Positions 9,984-20,019 are shown, counted from the first letter of the stretch. The stretch: 64,000 nt of DNA from Nitrospirota bacterium (GCA_963710375.1 CAVPZX010000005.1:1-64000); one strand, 5' to 3'. Notes: generated by a model from the letters alone, not told the origin. A program made the numbers and translations.

Positions 9984-10255
9984 GGAAAATAGCTAACAAC
10001 TATCCGCTCAAATGTCAATAGTCAAGTCTGACCCTTGTTACTCATTCTCGCAAAGGACAATCAGCTGTGCTAGTAGGTTTTATCGCGACACTCTAATACA
10101 AGCCATGAACTCGTGATAGTTTCTTTATACAATTCACTCGAATTTTTGATCTCATGGTCACATCAATTTGCAGGCGGTACTTAACAAGCGCCGAATATGG
10201 CTGAGGCTGTACTCTTCGTATACTTGACAGCTCCCTGAGCGGAATGTGAGCAAAA

Positions 10256-10861
10256 CTATGGAAATACAGATTTACATGGCTCATAATAAAGCTTCATCTT
10301 GAGCCAAAAAAAATATCCACACTCCTCCGTCTCAAACTTATATACAAGACCAATGGCATCAGTTTTAGATTTATAATTTGAAACTCGTATTAGAGAGACT
10401 TCTTTGGTTTTAAGTTTTGAAAAATACTCTCTAATTATTTTCTTCCCCTGAATACTCACCACTGCAAAAAAGCAATTCTCAGTAGAGCTTTCTGGATTGT
10501 CATATTTACCAACAAATGCTATATCTGCGAAACCATTTCCAATAAAATCTCCTGTTAGCACAAATGTATAACCGCCCTCTATAAAGCTCTCCCTGTCTCT
10601 AGGATCGCTCAAGTCATCATAGTGCATAAGCCTCGGATTCTTAAGTTCTGGAACAAGTTTGCTTAGCAGTTGTTCGTTTAAGGTTATGGGTTTATCCCCA
10701 GGTTTAGTTACCGAAGGAATATGATTCTCCTCGATGATAATCTTTTTGCTTAGTTCAACCTCGTGAGCAGAAACTTCAGGGACAGATAGATCCAATAGGC
10801 CAAAAAAAAGACCTGCTATTACAAGTGCAGGTAAAATCGTCTTTTGAGCTTTCCAATGCAT
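10256..10861 (-). CDS. Hypothetical exported protein
   Basis: 201-aa ORF with hydrophobic signal-like N-terminus, low GC, and an FG-GAP-like GDFIGNGFADIAFVG segment. Confidence 0.65.
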   Translation of the reverse strand: MHWKAQKTILPALVIAGLFFGLLDLSVPEVSAHEVELSKKIIIEENHIPSVTKPGDKPITLNEQLLSKLVPELKNPRLMHYDDLSDPRDRESFIEGGYTFVLTGDFIGNGFADIAFVGKYDNPESSTENCFFAVVSIQGKKIIREYFSKLKTKEVSLIRVSNYKSKTDAIGLVYKFETEECGYFFWLKMKLYYEPCKSVFP

Positions 10862-10993
10862 TTACTATTTTGCCTTATATTTGTTGTTCTGGTTGTTGTT
10901 GATTTTCGGATTAATCCGGCCTAACTTTTCTGATTATTCTGACCCTTTCGTTTTAGCCTGACCCATTGGGGGCATTTCTGCCCCCTGCACAGA

Positions 10994-11803
10994 TCAGATG
11001 ATTTCTGTTGACGCGACACGAACATGGTCTGCGGATACGGCCGTACATTTTTCTGCGGCGGCGGCCACCAGTGACCCACGGGCAAGATTGTTGGCTCTCC
11101 TGAGCAGTCCGCCTGAACCCTGATGTATTGCCGTGACAGCCTGTTCCGAGAACAGATTCTTTTTGCATCCGGCGATATTCTGATGGTGCTGCAAATAGGT
11201 AGCCATATCTTCGGCATTAAGAGATTCCATATGGCCCCTTGCTACTACACGTGATGCCAGAGGCCTTGATTGGCGGAACATCAGACTGTCCATGAGATTA
11301 TTCTGTCCGGCAAGCACTACTGGCAGCACGGATTTGGAATCTCCTTCGAACTGTACCAATGTATGCAGCTCCGAGAAGACATCAAGGCGTATAAGTGATG
11401 CTTCGTCTATGATAAGCACGGGTTTCTCTTTCTTATCGACGAGTTCCATAATACAGCTTTTTATAATTCTGCTGAGTATAGCTTTTGAGCTGCCTTTCAC
11501 TTCTATGTTCAGGGCATGGCATATCTGCTTATATAGTTCTGCGATGGTTCCTGATGTGGCCGTAACATATAGCACGCGATATTCCGAAGGGTGCAGCGTT
11601 GAGGAGGCAAAACGCAATGCTGATGATTTACCGCTGCCTACGTCGCCGGTGATGATTGCTATGGCTCCAAGGTTCACAGCATAAAGGAAGCGCTCTTTTA
11701 CACCAACGAGACCGGCATGTTTCATCATGTCTTCTACTCTTATATCCGGCGAGAAGGGTTCTTTTTTGAAACCGAAGAATACTCTGTAGTGTTCCCTGCT
11801 CAT
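10994..11803 (-). CDS. ExeA-family AAA+ ATPase (transposition helper)
   Basis: FFGFKKEPF, Walker A GDVGSGKS, Walker B LIIDEA, VVLAGQ, SGGLLRRANNL. Confidence 0.88.
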   Translation of the reverse strand: MSREHYRVFFGFKKEPFSPDIRVEDMMKHAGLVGVKERFLYAVNLGAIAIITGDVGSGKSSALRFASSTLHPSEYRVLYVTATSGTIAELYKQICHALNIEVKGSSKAILSRIIKSCIMELVDKKEKPVLIIDEASLIRLDVFSELHTLVQFEGDSKSVLPVVLAGQNNLMDSLMFRQSRPLASRVVARGHMESLNAEDMATYLQHHQNIAGCKKNLFSEQAVTAIHQGSGGLLRRANNLARGSLVAAAAEKCTAVSADHVRVASTEII

Positions 11804-13128
11804 GATTGTCCCTCCTCTGTATTGTCTTTTCCGAACAGTTTTCCGCCATCGTACCGGCCAGTAGAGTCGTCGCCGATTTCAAAAGTATCCCTGCCCCTGG
11901 TGCCTTTGTCCCTTCTGACACGATAGTTGACGTTTACATCGAGCATGACTGCAAACCCATATGTCTTACCGTCATGGGTAATCTCCATCCGGGCAGGATC
12001 ATGTTTATGGTACAAGAGAGTTACCCGTTTGCCGATGAGGCCGACGGGGACCTCATACAAACGGCCCTCTATCGCAACGGTCCTGTCTTTTGCCACTGTT
12101 CGTTTTGCCGTTTTCCTGAAATGGTCTTCGAGGTTTTTAGGGGCCGGTCGTACACACTCTATATTGCGAATGAATCTCTTGAAGGGTTCTTCTTTCGTGA
12201 TGCTATGGATTTTTTCATTGTAAGATTCAATCCATTGCCGGAGTGATTCATTGAGCCCATCCAAAGTCGTTGCTTTCTGGACACTCAGCAGTTGTTCACG
12301 CACTGTACGAAAGATGCGTTCTACTTTGCCGCGACCTTCAGGCTGATAAGGTTTTGAGTGTATAAGCACAATGCCCAAGGAGGCGCAGGTATGTTCAAGA
12401 TGATGGCTCCTGAAAGCAGAGCCGTTGTCTACGTATAGTTTCCTTGGGACCCCTCTTTTCAGCAGCGCCTTTCTGAAACAGTCCAGGAAACATTCCAGTT
12501 TTTCGTGCAGGTAAAACTCCGCGTGCAAGACCAGCCTGCTCATGTCATCCACAAAACACAGCAAGTAGGCCTTGCGTTGTTTATCTTCAACCGTTACAGA
12601 TGGGCCATGCATGATGTCAGACTGCCACAGGTCATTTGGGTTTTCTGCCTCGAATCTCCGGCGGTCCTGCGGGTCACCATCACCGGGAACTTTTTGCAAA
12701 AGTCCTTCCGCTAATAACAAACGATAAAGCGCCGAATATGTTACCTTCATTCCCGGCAATATAATCTTACGGCCATGTGCCTCTTGCAGGAGAGTCGGCA
12801 ATAAGACCGCCGGCATCTCTTTCCTCAACGCAATCAGTCCCTGCGCCGTCTCCGGATCAATCGCACGTGTCTTGCCGCGATCACAACGCTCTTGAGGATA
12901 TAATGCTTCAAGCTTGTTGCCTGCAAGTTTGTACCTGGCTATCCATTCCTTGATCGTAGATTCTCCGATCCGTGTCCGCATACTGCCTGGTATTATCCAC
13001 CGCCGGGCGCACTTCTCCCGTATCAGGCGCTCCGTCTCTCCCCGTTCCAACTGCCCGCCCCCTACAAAATCAGCAATGACTCCAAATCTGAACACCGCCA
13101 CCCGCTGCTTCATCTCTTCCGTCATCAA
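11800..13128 (-). CDS. DDE integrase/transposase with Mu-transposase-like C-terminus
   Basis: LWQSDIMHG, FVDDMSR, LYVDNGSAF, PEGRGKVER; C-terminal RTVAKDRTVAIEGRLYEVP. Confidence 0.92.
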   Translation of the reverse strand: MMTEEMKQRVAVFRFGVIADFVGGGQLERGETERLIREKCARRWIIPGSMRTRIGESTIKEWIARYKLAGNKLEALYPQERCDRGKTRAIDPETAQGLIALRKEMPAVLLPTLLQEAHGRKIILPGMKVTYSALYRLLLAEGLLQKVPGDGDPQDRRRFEAENPNDLWQSDIMHGPSVTVEDKQRKAYLLCFVDDMSRLVLHAEFYLHEKLECFLDCFRKALLKRGVPRKLYVDNGSAFRSHHLEHTCASLGIVLIHSKPYQPEGRGKVERIFRTVREQLLSVQKATTLDGLNESLRQWIESYNEKIHSITKEEPFKRFIRNIECVRPAPKNLEDHFRKTAKRTVAKDRTVAIEGRLYEVPVGLIGKRVTLLYHKHDPARMEITHDGKTYGFAVMLDVNVNYRVRRDKGTRGRDTFEIGDDSTGRYDGGKLFGKDNTEEGQS

Positions 13129-13228
13129 AAACCTCCTCGTTATTGATGATGAAGATTTACCACAACGAATTCCTCTGCGTCACCGCAACTCTTGGGGGGA
13201 TTCTTAATAACTTGAAACTATTTGCGTT

Positions 13229-13681
13229 TTATCCTGCCCGCGCTACCGGGATCCTGCCCCGATACACCAGTTCATAGAATCCCTCAATATAATCACCTCC
13301 AAAATCCATCCCAAGATGCGCTTTTATGTTTCTGCTTAAGGCACGAAGCCAGTGCTGGCGGCGTTGCCGGCTCAACAGGCCATTCATCTGCCATATACCA
13401 TCTTGCATTCGCTGGGAAACACTGCTTAAAATTGCAACCGCAGAAACCTGGAAACGAGGCCAGTATCCAAAAGGTCGCAATGTGTAAATACAGCCGCAGT
13501 CTGCACAGACATATCGCTTTAGTGGCAAAGCCGAGGAGTAGCCGTCATAAAGTTTATCTTTGAAACCATGCCCCCAGATTCTCGTGCTTCCGCATTGCAA
13601 ACAAGTCGGCGGGCGCGGAAAGGGATACTTCTTGCCAAGATCAAATAATTGCTTGATACAAACCATCAGAAAAAGTGACAA
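13229..13681 (-). CDS. Zn-ribbon protein (DUF6431-like) of the transposon
   Basis: CLQC..WGHG..RYVCADC..TLRP, inside the TIRs and upstream of the transposase. Confidence 0.7.
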   Translation of the reverse strand: MSLFLMVCIKQLFDLGKKYPFPRPPTCLQCGSTRIWGHGFKDKLYDGYSSALPLKRYVCADCGCIYTLRPFGYWPRFQVSAVAILSSVSQRMQDGIWQMNGLLSRQRRQHWLRALSRNIKAHLGMDFGGDYIEGFYELVYRGRIPVARAG

Positions 13682-13969
13682 TAAATCTCCTTTTGTCCGG
13701 GGCTGTGGAGATTCTCCTCCGTCAAGATGTGAAACTCCCTGCCTCGGGCGCTTTCCTAAATTGTTAATCCGGTTATTTTAAAACGAATAGATTAAAAGGT
13801 GGGTTTGATTATTGCGATTAAAACGCTGCTAATTGGACTGGCTTAATTCGGAAAACAACAGTTGTTCACATGCCATTCGTCATTATTAACAATTATAGCA
13901 GATTGTTACTCTGTTCCCCGAAAAATGCCGCCCCATTGCTTTTTTCCCTGCAAAATTATATTCTTAGTT

Positions 13970-14197
13970 ATGCTGTTGGATAGAATATCTATAGATCCTG
14001 CTATTTGCCACGGAAAACCCTGCATTAAGGGAACGCGGATCCCTGTTTTTGTCATCCTCGATTCTCTTTCAGCTGGCATGACCTATGATGAAATAAAGGC
14101 CGAATATCCGCCGGTTACAGATGACGACATTCGTGCTTGTATTTATTATGCTGCCATTCTTGCTCAAGAGGAAGAAGTCACCCTTAACCAAGGGTGA
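13970..14197 (+). CDS. DUF433 domain antitoxin-like protein
   Basis: RISIDPAICHGKPCIKGTRIPV..ILDSL..G.T.DEI..EYP. Confidence 0.9.
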   Translation: MLLDRISIDPAICHGKPCIKGTRIPVFVILDSLSAGMTYDEIKAEYPPVTDDDIRACIYYAAILAQEEEVTLNQG

Positions 14198-14204
14198 GCA
14201 CTGA

Positions 14205-14558
14205 GTGAAATTCCTTATTGACGCCAATGTACCCCGTTCAACGCATAAGATCGTAGAAACCCTCGGTCATGACGTTACTGACGTTAGGGACATTTTGCCG
14301 TCTGCATCACCCGATACTGAAGTTGCTTCTCTTGCATTAAATGAAAACAGGATAATTATAACCCGCGACCAGGATTTCGCAAATATCCTCTTATATCCTC
14401 CTGAAAGATATCCAGGCATCATCGTTCTTAAAGTTCGAGCTATGAAGCCTTCTGAAATGAACAACCTCATCGAATTGTTTCTCAAGAACAATCCTTCAGA
14501 AATTATCTCGCATGCTACGATAATTCTTGAACCGAATAGGTTCAGAGTAAGAAGATAA
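14205..14558 (+). CDS. DUF5615 PIN-like toxin (VapC45-type)
   Basis: MKFLIDANVP..GHDV..D.EV...A..E.RIIITRDQDF; paired with DUF433. Confidence 0.88.
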   Translation: MKFLIDANVPRSTHKIVETLGHDVTDVRDILPSASPDTEVASLALNENRIIITRDQDFANILLYPPERYPGIIVLKVRAMKPSEMNNLIELFLKNNPSEIISHATIILEPNRFRVRR

Positions 14559-15240
14559 CACTCATTTCAACGCGTGCCCGGTTGCTTGCAAATCTAGTGC
14601 GCAGAAAGCAGCCTCCTGCAGAAAATTGATACCTTATTTTCTGAAAGGCAGACGCGCAGTCGCGAACTCTTTAATAGTGAGATGTTTCTTCCTTAACCTT
14701 CACCAATGACAAAGATCCCAATTTGCCTGTAACGCGGAGAAAGTTATAGTGGTCAAAGAATGCAGCGGTCTTTGTTACGATATGTTATTCATAAACTGAT
14801 ATTCACGCATTCTTAGCGGACTCCGCAGTCAATCCATTTTGCAACTACCGTTGACTTGTCGGTGCAGCCGATACAAAACCCTGCTTCAAATGATCCGTCA
14901 CTTTTCACGATCTATCAGATTAAGGTTACGACCAGCATTCAATGCCGGGAAAACTAGACCGATTGCAGGGTGATCTAACGAGGTCACAACGTCGGTGTCA
15001 CCTGGGGCTGCACAATTCGGGAAGCATTACTCAGTTATGGAAAATTGCAACTCGCGTTTAGTTCTGTGAGGATTCTTCTTCTGAAAACTAATCGTTTGGA
15101 CAGGTGTTTTTGGCCGTACTTCTCACGCCCGGTTTTTTCTGATAGTGTCTTATTCCAATTGTAACCTTGCCACCTCTTTAAGACAAGACGTCATCCTTGA
15201 TAACGCTTGACAATAGTATTGCAATGGGTTATTATTAACT

Positions 15241-15519
15241 ATGATTAAATCGTTCAAGTGCCGCGATACTGAAGCTATGTTTAACGGCAAACGCATTGAG
15301 CGGTTTTTCAGCATTCAGTCTGTAGCCATGCGCAAACTTGCGATATTGAATGTTGCAGGAAGGATAGAAGACATGAGAGTGCCGCCCGGCAACAGGCTTG
15401 AGGCGCTCAAGGGCAAACGGCAAGGACAGTGGAGTGTTCGTATTAACGATCAGTGGCGCATCTGCTTCAGGTTTGAATCTGGAAACGCCTCTGATGTCGA
15501 GATTGTTGATTATCACTAA
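15241..15519 (+). CDS. higB: HigB (RelE/ParE superfamily) toxin
   Basis: MIKSFK..PPGNRLEALKG..GQWSVRINDQWRICF..VEIVDYH. Confidence 0.92.
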   Translation: MIKSFKCRDTEAMFNGKRIERFFSIQSVAMRKLAILNVAGRIEDMRVPPGNRLEALKGKRQGQWSVRINDQWRICFRFESGNASDVEIVDYH

Positions 15520-15531
15520 GGAGGATGTAGT

Positions 15532-15831
15532 ATGAGAAAGAGACAGGTACCGTATCCTACGCCGGGCGAAATCCTGATGGAAGAGTTTTTAAAGCCTATG
15601 GGGCTTACTCAGTACAGACTTGCAAAAGAAATAAGTGTGCCCCAAAGGCGAATTGGAGAAATTGTTGCCGGCAAGCGTGCCATTACCACAGACACCGGTC
15701 TCCGACTGTCTCGTTTTTTCGGTCTGAGTGATGGTTTTTGGGAACGGTTGCAGATTGATTACGACCTAACCGTTGCCAGGGACAAAATGGCTGAAACACT
15801 TAACAGAATAAAGCCGTATGTCACTGCATAG
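15532..15831 (+). CDS. higA: HigA antitoxin (HTH)
   Basis: PGEILMEEFLKPMGLTQYRLAK..RIGEIVAGKRAIT..LRLSRFFG..FW..LQ. Confidence 0.92.
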   Translation: MRKRQVPYPTPGEILMEEFLKPMGLTQYRLAKEISVPQRRIGEIVAGKRAITTDTGLRLSRFFGLSDGFWERLQIDYDLTVARDKMAETLNRIKPYVTA

Positions 15832-15903
15832 TACTGGAAAAATGTGAAGCCTCGAACCAGCTATTTTCCTGTAGTCTGCATGCTATAGTAAAATAAAGAA
15901 GAA

Positions 15904-17040
15904 ATGAGAATACATCCTCTTGACAGCCTCTTATATCTATCCATGAAAGTGATGAAGTCCCTGGACAAGAGGCAGACGGGCCTGGAACACTTCGATCCGG
16001 AATCGGTCAAAAATATTCTTGTGGTTTCATCAACTGCGATAGGTGATACTTTGCTGTCAACACCTGCGATCAGGGCACTGAGAGAAAGGTATCCTCAAGC
16101 TAAAATCATCGCGCATTTTAATGCCTGGAATGCAGTGCTTTTTGAAAACAATCCCCACATCGACGGAATAATACCTTATCAGGGTGGATACAAAAGGTTC
16201 TTGAGAACTATCCTGGAGTTCCGAAAGCACAATTTTGATCTTGCCCTCATATTTCATGGAAATGAGCCGCAAGCGACTCCGATGGCGTATTTGTCGGGCG
16301 CCCGTTTTATCATAAAGGTGCCGATGTCCAGAGAGTACGGGTTTCTTCTGAGCAACACCTCAAACGGTTTTGACAAATCCCGGGACTATCACGCCATAGA
16401 CGTCAGGATGAAAGCGGCATCATTTATTGGTTGCAGCGGAGAGAACCGTGAGATGGTCCTTCTGTCTGATGAAGGTGACAGGGCTGCTGCCTCAAACTAT
16501 CTCAGCCGTCTGGGAATGGATGAAAATGCTATACTAATCGGGTTGCAGGTGGGGGCCGCAACGCTGTACAAGATGTGGCCCCATCATAAGTTTGTCGAAT
16601 TAGGAAAGCGATTACTTCAACTGAATCCCGACATCCGCATCCTGGTGACAGGATCGCCCAGGGAAAGAAAGTTGTGCAGTGCAGTGGCCCATGAAATAGG
16701 TGATCGCGCCTTTTCGACAGCTGCGGAGGTATCTCTCAAAACTCTCAGAGGGTTGATCGAAAGGATGAACCTGCTCGTTACCAATGATACCGGCACCATG
16801 CATATGGCGATAGCCTTAAAGACAAAAACCGTATCCCTGTTCTGTCCCACCAATGATCTGGGCATCGGTCCTATCCAGGACATGCAGTTGCATAAGGTTA
16901 TAAAAAAGGAAAAGACCTGCAACCCCTGTGTTACCAAAAAATGCGACGAGCCTCTCTGCATGGACCAGATCTCGGTCGATGAAGTCCTTTGTTCGGCAAA
17001 GGAGGCCCTGGATTATGCCGGCAGCCACGCAAATGACTAA
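15904..17040 (+). CDS. Glycosyltransferase family 9
   Basis: ILVVSSTAIGDTLLSTPA, TNDTGTMHMAIAL, C-terminal Cys cluster. Confidence 0.9.
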   Translation: MRIHPLDSLLYLSMKVMKSLDKRQTGLEHFDPESVKNILVVSSTAIGDTLLSTPAIRALRERYPQAKIIAHFNAWNAVLFENNPHIDGIIPYQGGYKRFLRTILEFRKHNFDLALIFHGNEPQATPMAYLSGARFIIKVPMSREYGFLLSNTSNGFDKSRDYHAIDVRMKAASFIGCSGENREMVLLSDEGDRAAASNYLSRLGMDENAILIGLQVGAATLYKMWPHHKFVELGKRLLQLNPDIRILVTGSPRERKLCSAVAHEIGDRAFSTAAEVSLKTLRGLIERMNLLVTNDTGTMHMAIALKTKTVSLFCPTNDLGIGPIQDMQLHKVIKKEKTCNPCVTKKCDEPLCMDQISVDEVLCSAKEALDYAGSHAND

Positions 17041-17743
17041 GAAAACTGTTGCAGGTGAATATGAGAGAAGAGGGGACTACCATAAGCAGCTCTCGCCGGA
17101 CTGGTCGTACTATCCCTTGTATCTATCCAAGAAAAAGTTCGTAATTGACTACCTTTCAAAGGGTTCAAGAGACCGCTCTATCCTGGATATCGGCTGCGGG
17201 GAAGGTGTATTTGTACGAGAGCTGTTGGACATAGGTTTTTTGCATGTACGCGGAGTTGACACCAATTACTCTTCTGACATCGTATCGACAGGAGATGTCC
17301 TGTCCCTTCCTTTTGATAATGGACAGTTCGATGTCGTGCTGCTTCTTGATGTTATCGAGCACGTATCCGTTGAACTACAGCCACAAGCCCTGATGGAGGT
17401 CTTCAGGGTTATCAAGGATGAAGGGACATTGATAGCCTCGATACCCAATCTCAGCCATTTGGCATCAAGAATAAGGTTTTTGTTAAAAGGAAACTTTGTC
17501 AGGACTTCCTCTGTCAATAAGCATCCCGGCGACAGGCCGATAAAGGAGTCCCTTAGTCTGCTCAAAGAGGCCGGGTTTCACGTTCAGGAAAGGAAAGGCT
17601 TCTTCCCGACTATCCCTATCCTTTACAAGCTTGTCCAAAAATACCCAGCCAGGTTTATGTGGCTTTACACACTCTCCAACCTGCTTCTTCCCTTTCGCAA
17701 CCTGTGTTTTTTAAATATTATTGTTTGCAGGAAAAAAGGATAG
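17015..17743 (+). CDS. Class I SAM-dependent methyltransferase
   Basis: ILDIGCGEG, LPFDNGQFDVVLLLDVIEHV. Start placed after GGAGG at 17001. Confidence 0.85.
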   Translation: MPAATQMTKKTVAGEYERRGDYHKQLSPDWSYYPLYLSKKKFVIDYLSKGSRDRSILDIGCGEGVFVRELLDIGFLHVRGVDTNYSSDIVSTGDVLSLPFDNGQFDVVLLLDVIEHVSVELQPQALMEVFRVIKDEGTLIASIPNLSHLASRIRFLLKGNFVRTSSVNKHPGDRPIKESLSLLKEAGFHVQERKGFFPTIPILYKLVQKYPARFMWLYTLSNLLLPFRNLCFLNIIVCRKKG

Positions 17744-17749
17744 AAAATC

Positions 17750-18862
17750 GTGAAGATTGCCCTTTACGAGATTACCTCTACTATTAGCTTCGGGGGAATC
17801 CAGACCTTTGTTTGGGGCATGGCAAAGGCCCTTGCAGCAAAAGGCCACACCGTTCACATATACGGAGGCAACGGAGACATAAGGGCTTCGCGCCACGACA
17901 ACATTAAGGTTTTCACCTTTCCATATCTGGACCGTCAAAAGTTTCCTGATTTCGGGTCCCGTTTCAAAAAATTCGGAGAGAGACTCTCTTTCAACTTATT
18001 ATCTTTGGGCGCTCTTGTAAAAGGGCATTATGACTTTATCTATGTCCACAAGCCATATGATTTGCCTGTGGCATTGTTTGCATCAAAGATGTCAAAAGCA
18101 CGTGTTGTCTTCGGCTCGGGTGGGACAGAGTTTTTCCCCGGATACAAGTATCTCGCAAAGAAGGTAGATCACTTTTTTGCATGCAGTGAATTCAATGCGT
18201 CCCAAATAAAGGAATATTGCGGTCTCACGCCGCATGTGCTGCACAATGGTGTAAGTACCGAGTTGTTCAGGCCTCTCAGTCCCGAAATGAAAATAAGAGA
18301 GGGCTTGCATATTTCTGATGCTGATAGTGTTGTGATGAGCGCATGCCGGCTAGTGGGCTGGAAAGGAATTTATTACGCTATAAAAGCTGTTGCCGAACTC
18401 ATAGGCAAAAGTTATTCTCTTAAATACCTGATTGCAGGCGACGGAGAAGAAAGGGGAAAATTAGAGGCCCTGTCAAAAGAATCTAATATATCGGATAGCG
18501 TTGTATTCCTTGGAAGAATACAGAATTCCGAACTTCCCCTCTACTATTCGTTAGCCGATATCGCTGTCTTCCCGAGTGTTGCCGATGAGACCTTCGGCAT
18601 ATCCATAGCAGAAGCGATGGCATGCGGGGTGCCTGTAGTTTCTACGAGAGTCGGGGGGATTCCTGAGGTCGTGACTGAAGGTACAGGCATTTTGGTGCCT
18701 CCGAGAGATGGACATTTGCTGGCTGAAGCCATGGAGTCCTTGCTGACCGACAGGGCCTTGCTCGAAAAGACGGGTGCCATGGGAAGGGATTGGATAGTGA
18801 ACAGTTTCAGCTGGGAGAGTGTCTCAAGCACATTTGAAACACTAATAGGGTGCGGCATATGA
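17750..18862 (+). CDS. Glycosyltransferase family 4
   Basis: GGIQT, RLVGWKG, ETFGISIAEAMACG. Confidence 0.9.
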   Translation: MKIALYEITSTISFGGIQTFVWGMAKALAAKGHTVHIYGGNGDIRASRHDNIKVFTFPYLDRQKFPDFGSRFKKFGERLSFNLLSLGALVKGHYDFIYVHKPYDLPVALFASKMSKARVVFGSGGTEFFPGYKYLAKKVDHFFACSEFNASQIKEYCGLTPHVLHNGVSTELFRPLSPEMKIREGLHISDADSVVMSACRLVGWKGIYYAIKAVAELIGKSYSLKYLIAGDGEERGKLEALSKESNISDSVVFLGRIQNSELPLYYSLADIAVFPSVADETFGISIAEAMACGVPVVSTRVGGIPEVVTEGTGILVPPRDGHLLAEAMESLLTDRALLEKTGAMGRDWIVNSFSWESVSSTFETLIGCGI

Positions 18863-20019
18863 TAATTCTTTATCCTGTTCCGGAGCTGCTGCCCGATTCG
18901 AGGGCTCGCTTCATCCAAATAATGAATACCGCACATTCGCTGGCTGAGAAGGGCTGCCAGGTGAGGCTGATAACAGGGGTATACAAGGGTCATTCGACAG
19001 GTGGCATTCCGGGGTATTACGGACTTCCCAACAATAAAAACCTGGAGGTTGTCTCCTTGCCTATGTTTAGAAGGGAGACCGCGCGTTTATTCAGATTTTC
19101 ATGGCATGGTCTTTTTCACTATTCGCTTTTGATCTATTTGCTGCTTCTTAAAGCTAGAGAAAGAGGACAGGCGGTCCTTTTTGTACGGCACCTTAAGCTC
19201 GCAGACTTTCTCCTTGGTTATCGCGGTTTGCTGAATCTGCCTATGGTATTCGAGGCCCATGAAGTCTTTTCTATGAACAAGGAAGAGAAAACCCTTTTGC
19301 GTGAAAAAAGGGTTTATGCACGTGCTGACGGCCTCGTATTCATATCAAAACAGCTTGAAGAACGCATCAAATCAATTATTCCAGCTGCGGCAGGCAAGCC
19401 GTGCATCGTTGCGCACGATGGGGTAAGAAGCGATTGGCTGGCTGAAGAATTCACGAGAGATGAAAGATATATATGTTATACGGGCAGTCTCTATAAGTGG
19501 AAAGGAATAGATGTCCTTATCTCAGCAATGGGTCTTTTGCCTGAGGAAACTTTGCTGGTCGCAGGAGGAGGGCGGAGACTCAACGAATTGAAAGGCATGG
19601 CAGAGAGAATGGGATTAAAAAATATAATTTTTACCGGAGAGGTGCGGCACCACTCTGTACCGGGGATACTGGCCCATGCCAAAATGGCTGTGCTGCCCAA
19701 TATCGATAGCGGACCCTCTGCTTTTTCATCGCCCCTGAAACTCTTCGAATATATGGCTTTCGGCCTGCCGATAGTTGCGTCCGACATAGAGGCCTTCAGG
19801 GAAGTGCTTGTTCACCAGGTGAATGCAATGCTCGTGCATCCGAATGACCCTGAAGCTCTTGCTTCCGTGATCAAATCTCTACTTCAAAACACTGCCATGG
19901 TGAAAAACATCTCTGTGCAGGCAAGGAAAGATGCTGCTGACTTCACCTATGAAAGGCGTGTGGAAAAGATTCTTGGCCTGATCAGCCGAATGGATAGCAA
20001 TATCGGCAAACGGGGTTAA
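18859..20019 (+). CDS. Glycosyltransferase family 4
   Basis: YTGSLYKWKG, SPLKLFEYMAFG. Confidence 0.88.
   Translation: MIILYPVPELLPDSRARFIQIMNTAHSLAEKGCQVRLITGVYKGHSTGGIPGYYGLPNNKNLEVVSLPMFRRETARLFRFSWHGLFHYSLLIYLLLLKARERGQAVLFVRHLKLADFLLGYRGLLNLPMVFEAHEVFSMNKEEKTLLREKRVYARADGLVFISKQLEERIKSIIPAAAGKPCIVAHDGVRSDWLAEEFTRDERYICYTGSLYKWKGIDVLISAMGLLPEETLLVAGGGRRLNELKGMAERMGLKNIIFTGEVRHHSVPGILAHAKMAVLPNIDSGPSAFSSPLKLFEYMAFGLPIVASDIEAFREVLVHQVNAMLVHPNDPEALASVIKSLLQNTAMVKNISVQARKDAADFTYERRVEKILGLISRMDSNIGKRG

Larger units (their letters stand above)
10897..13860 (-). mobile_element. Complete 2964-bp three-gene transposon (Zn-ribbon protein + DDE transposase + ExeA-type AAA ATPase)
   Basis: TG...CA ends; imperfect 30-bp TIRs at 10897-10926 and 13831-13860 (22/30); 5-bp direct repeat GTTGT at 10892-10896 and 13861-13865. 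Confidence 0.9.

Noticed and set aside
10093..10284. 63-aa minus-strand ORF
   Set aside because: No SD or motif; overlaps the upstream gene end.
14560..15200. Long spacer with a Cys-rich broken frame (FCIGC..CGVR*) and an attC-like start (CACAAC..CACCTG)
   Set aside because: Multiple stops, no complementary GTT end and no integron integrase; too degraded to call.
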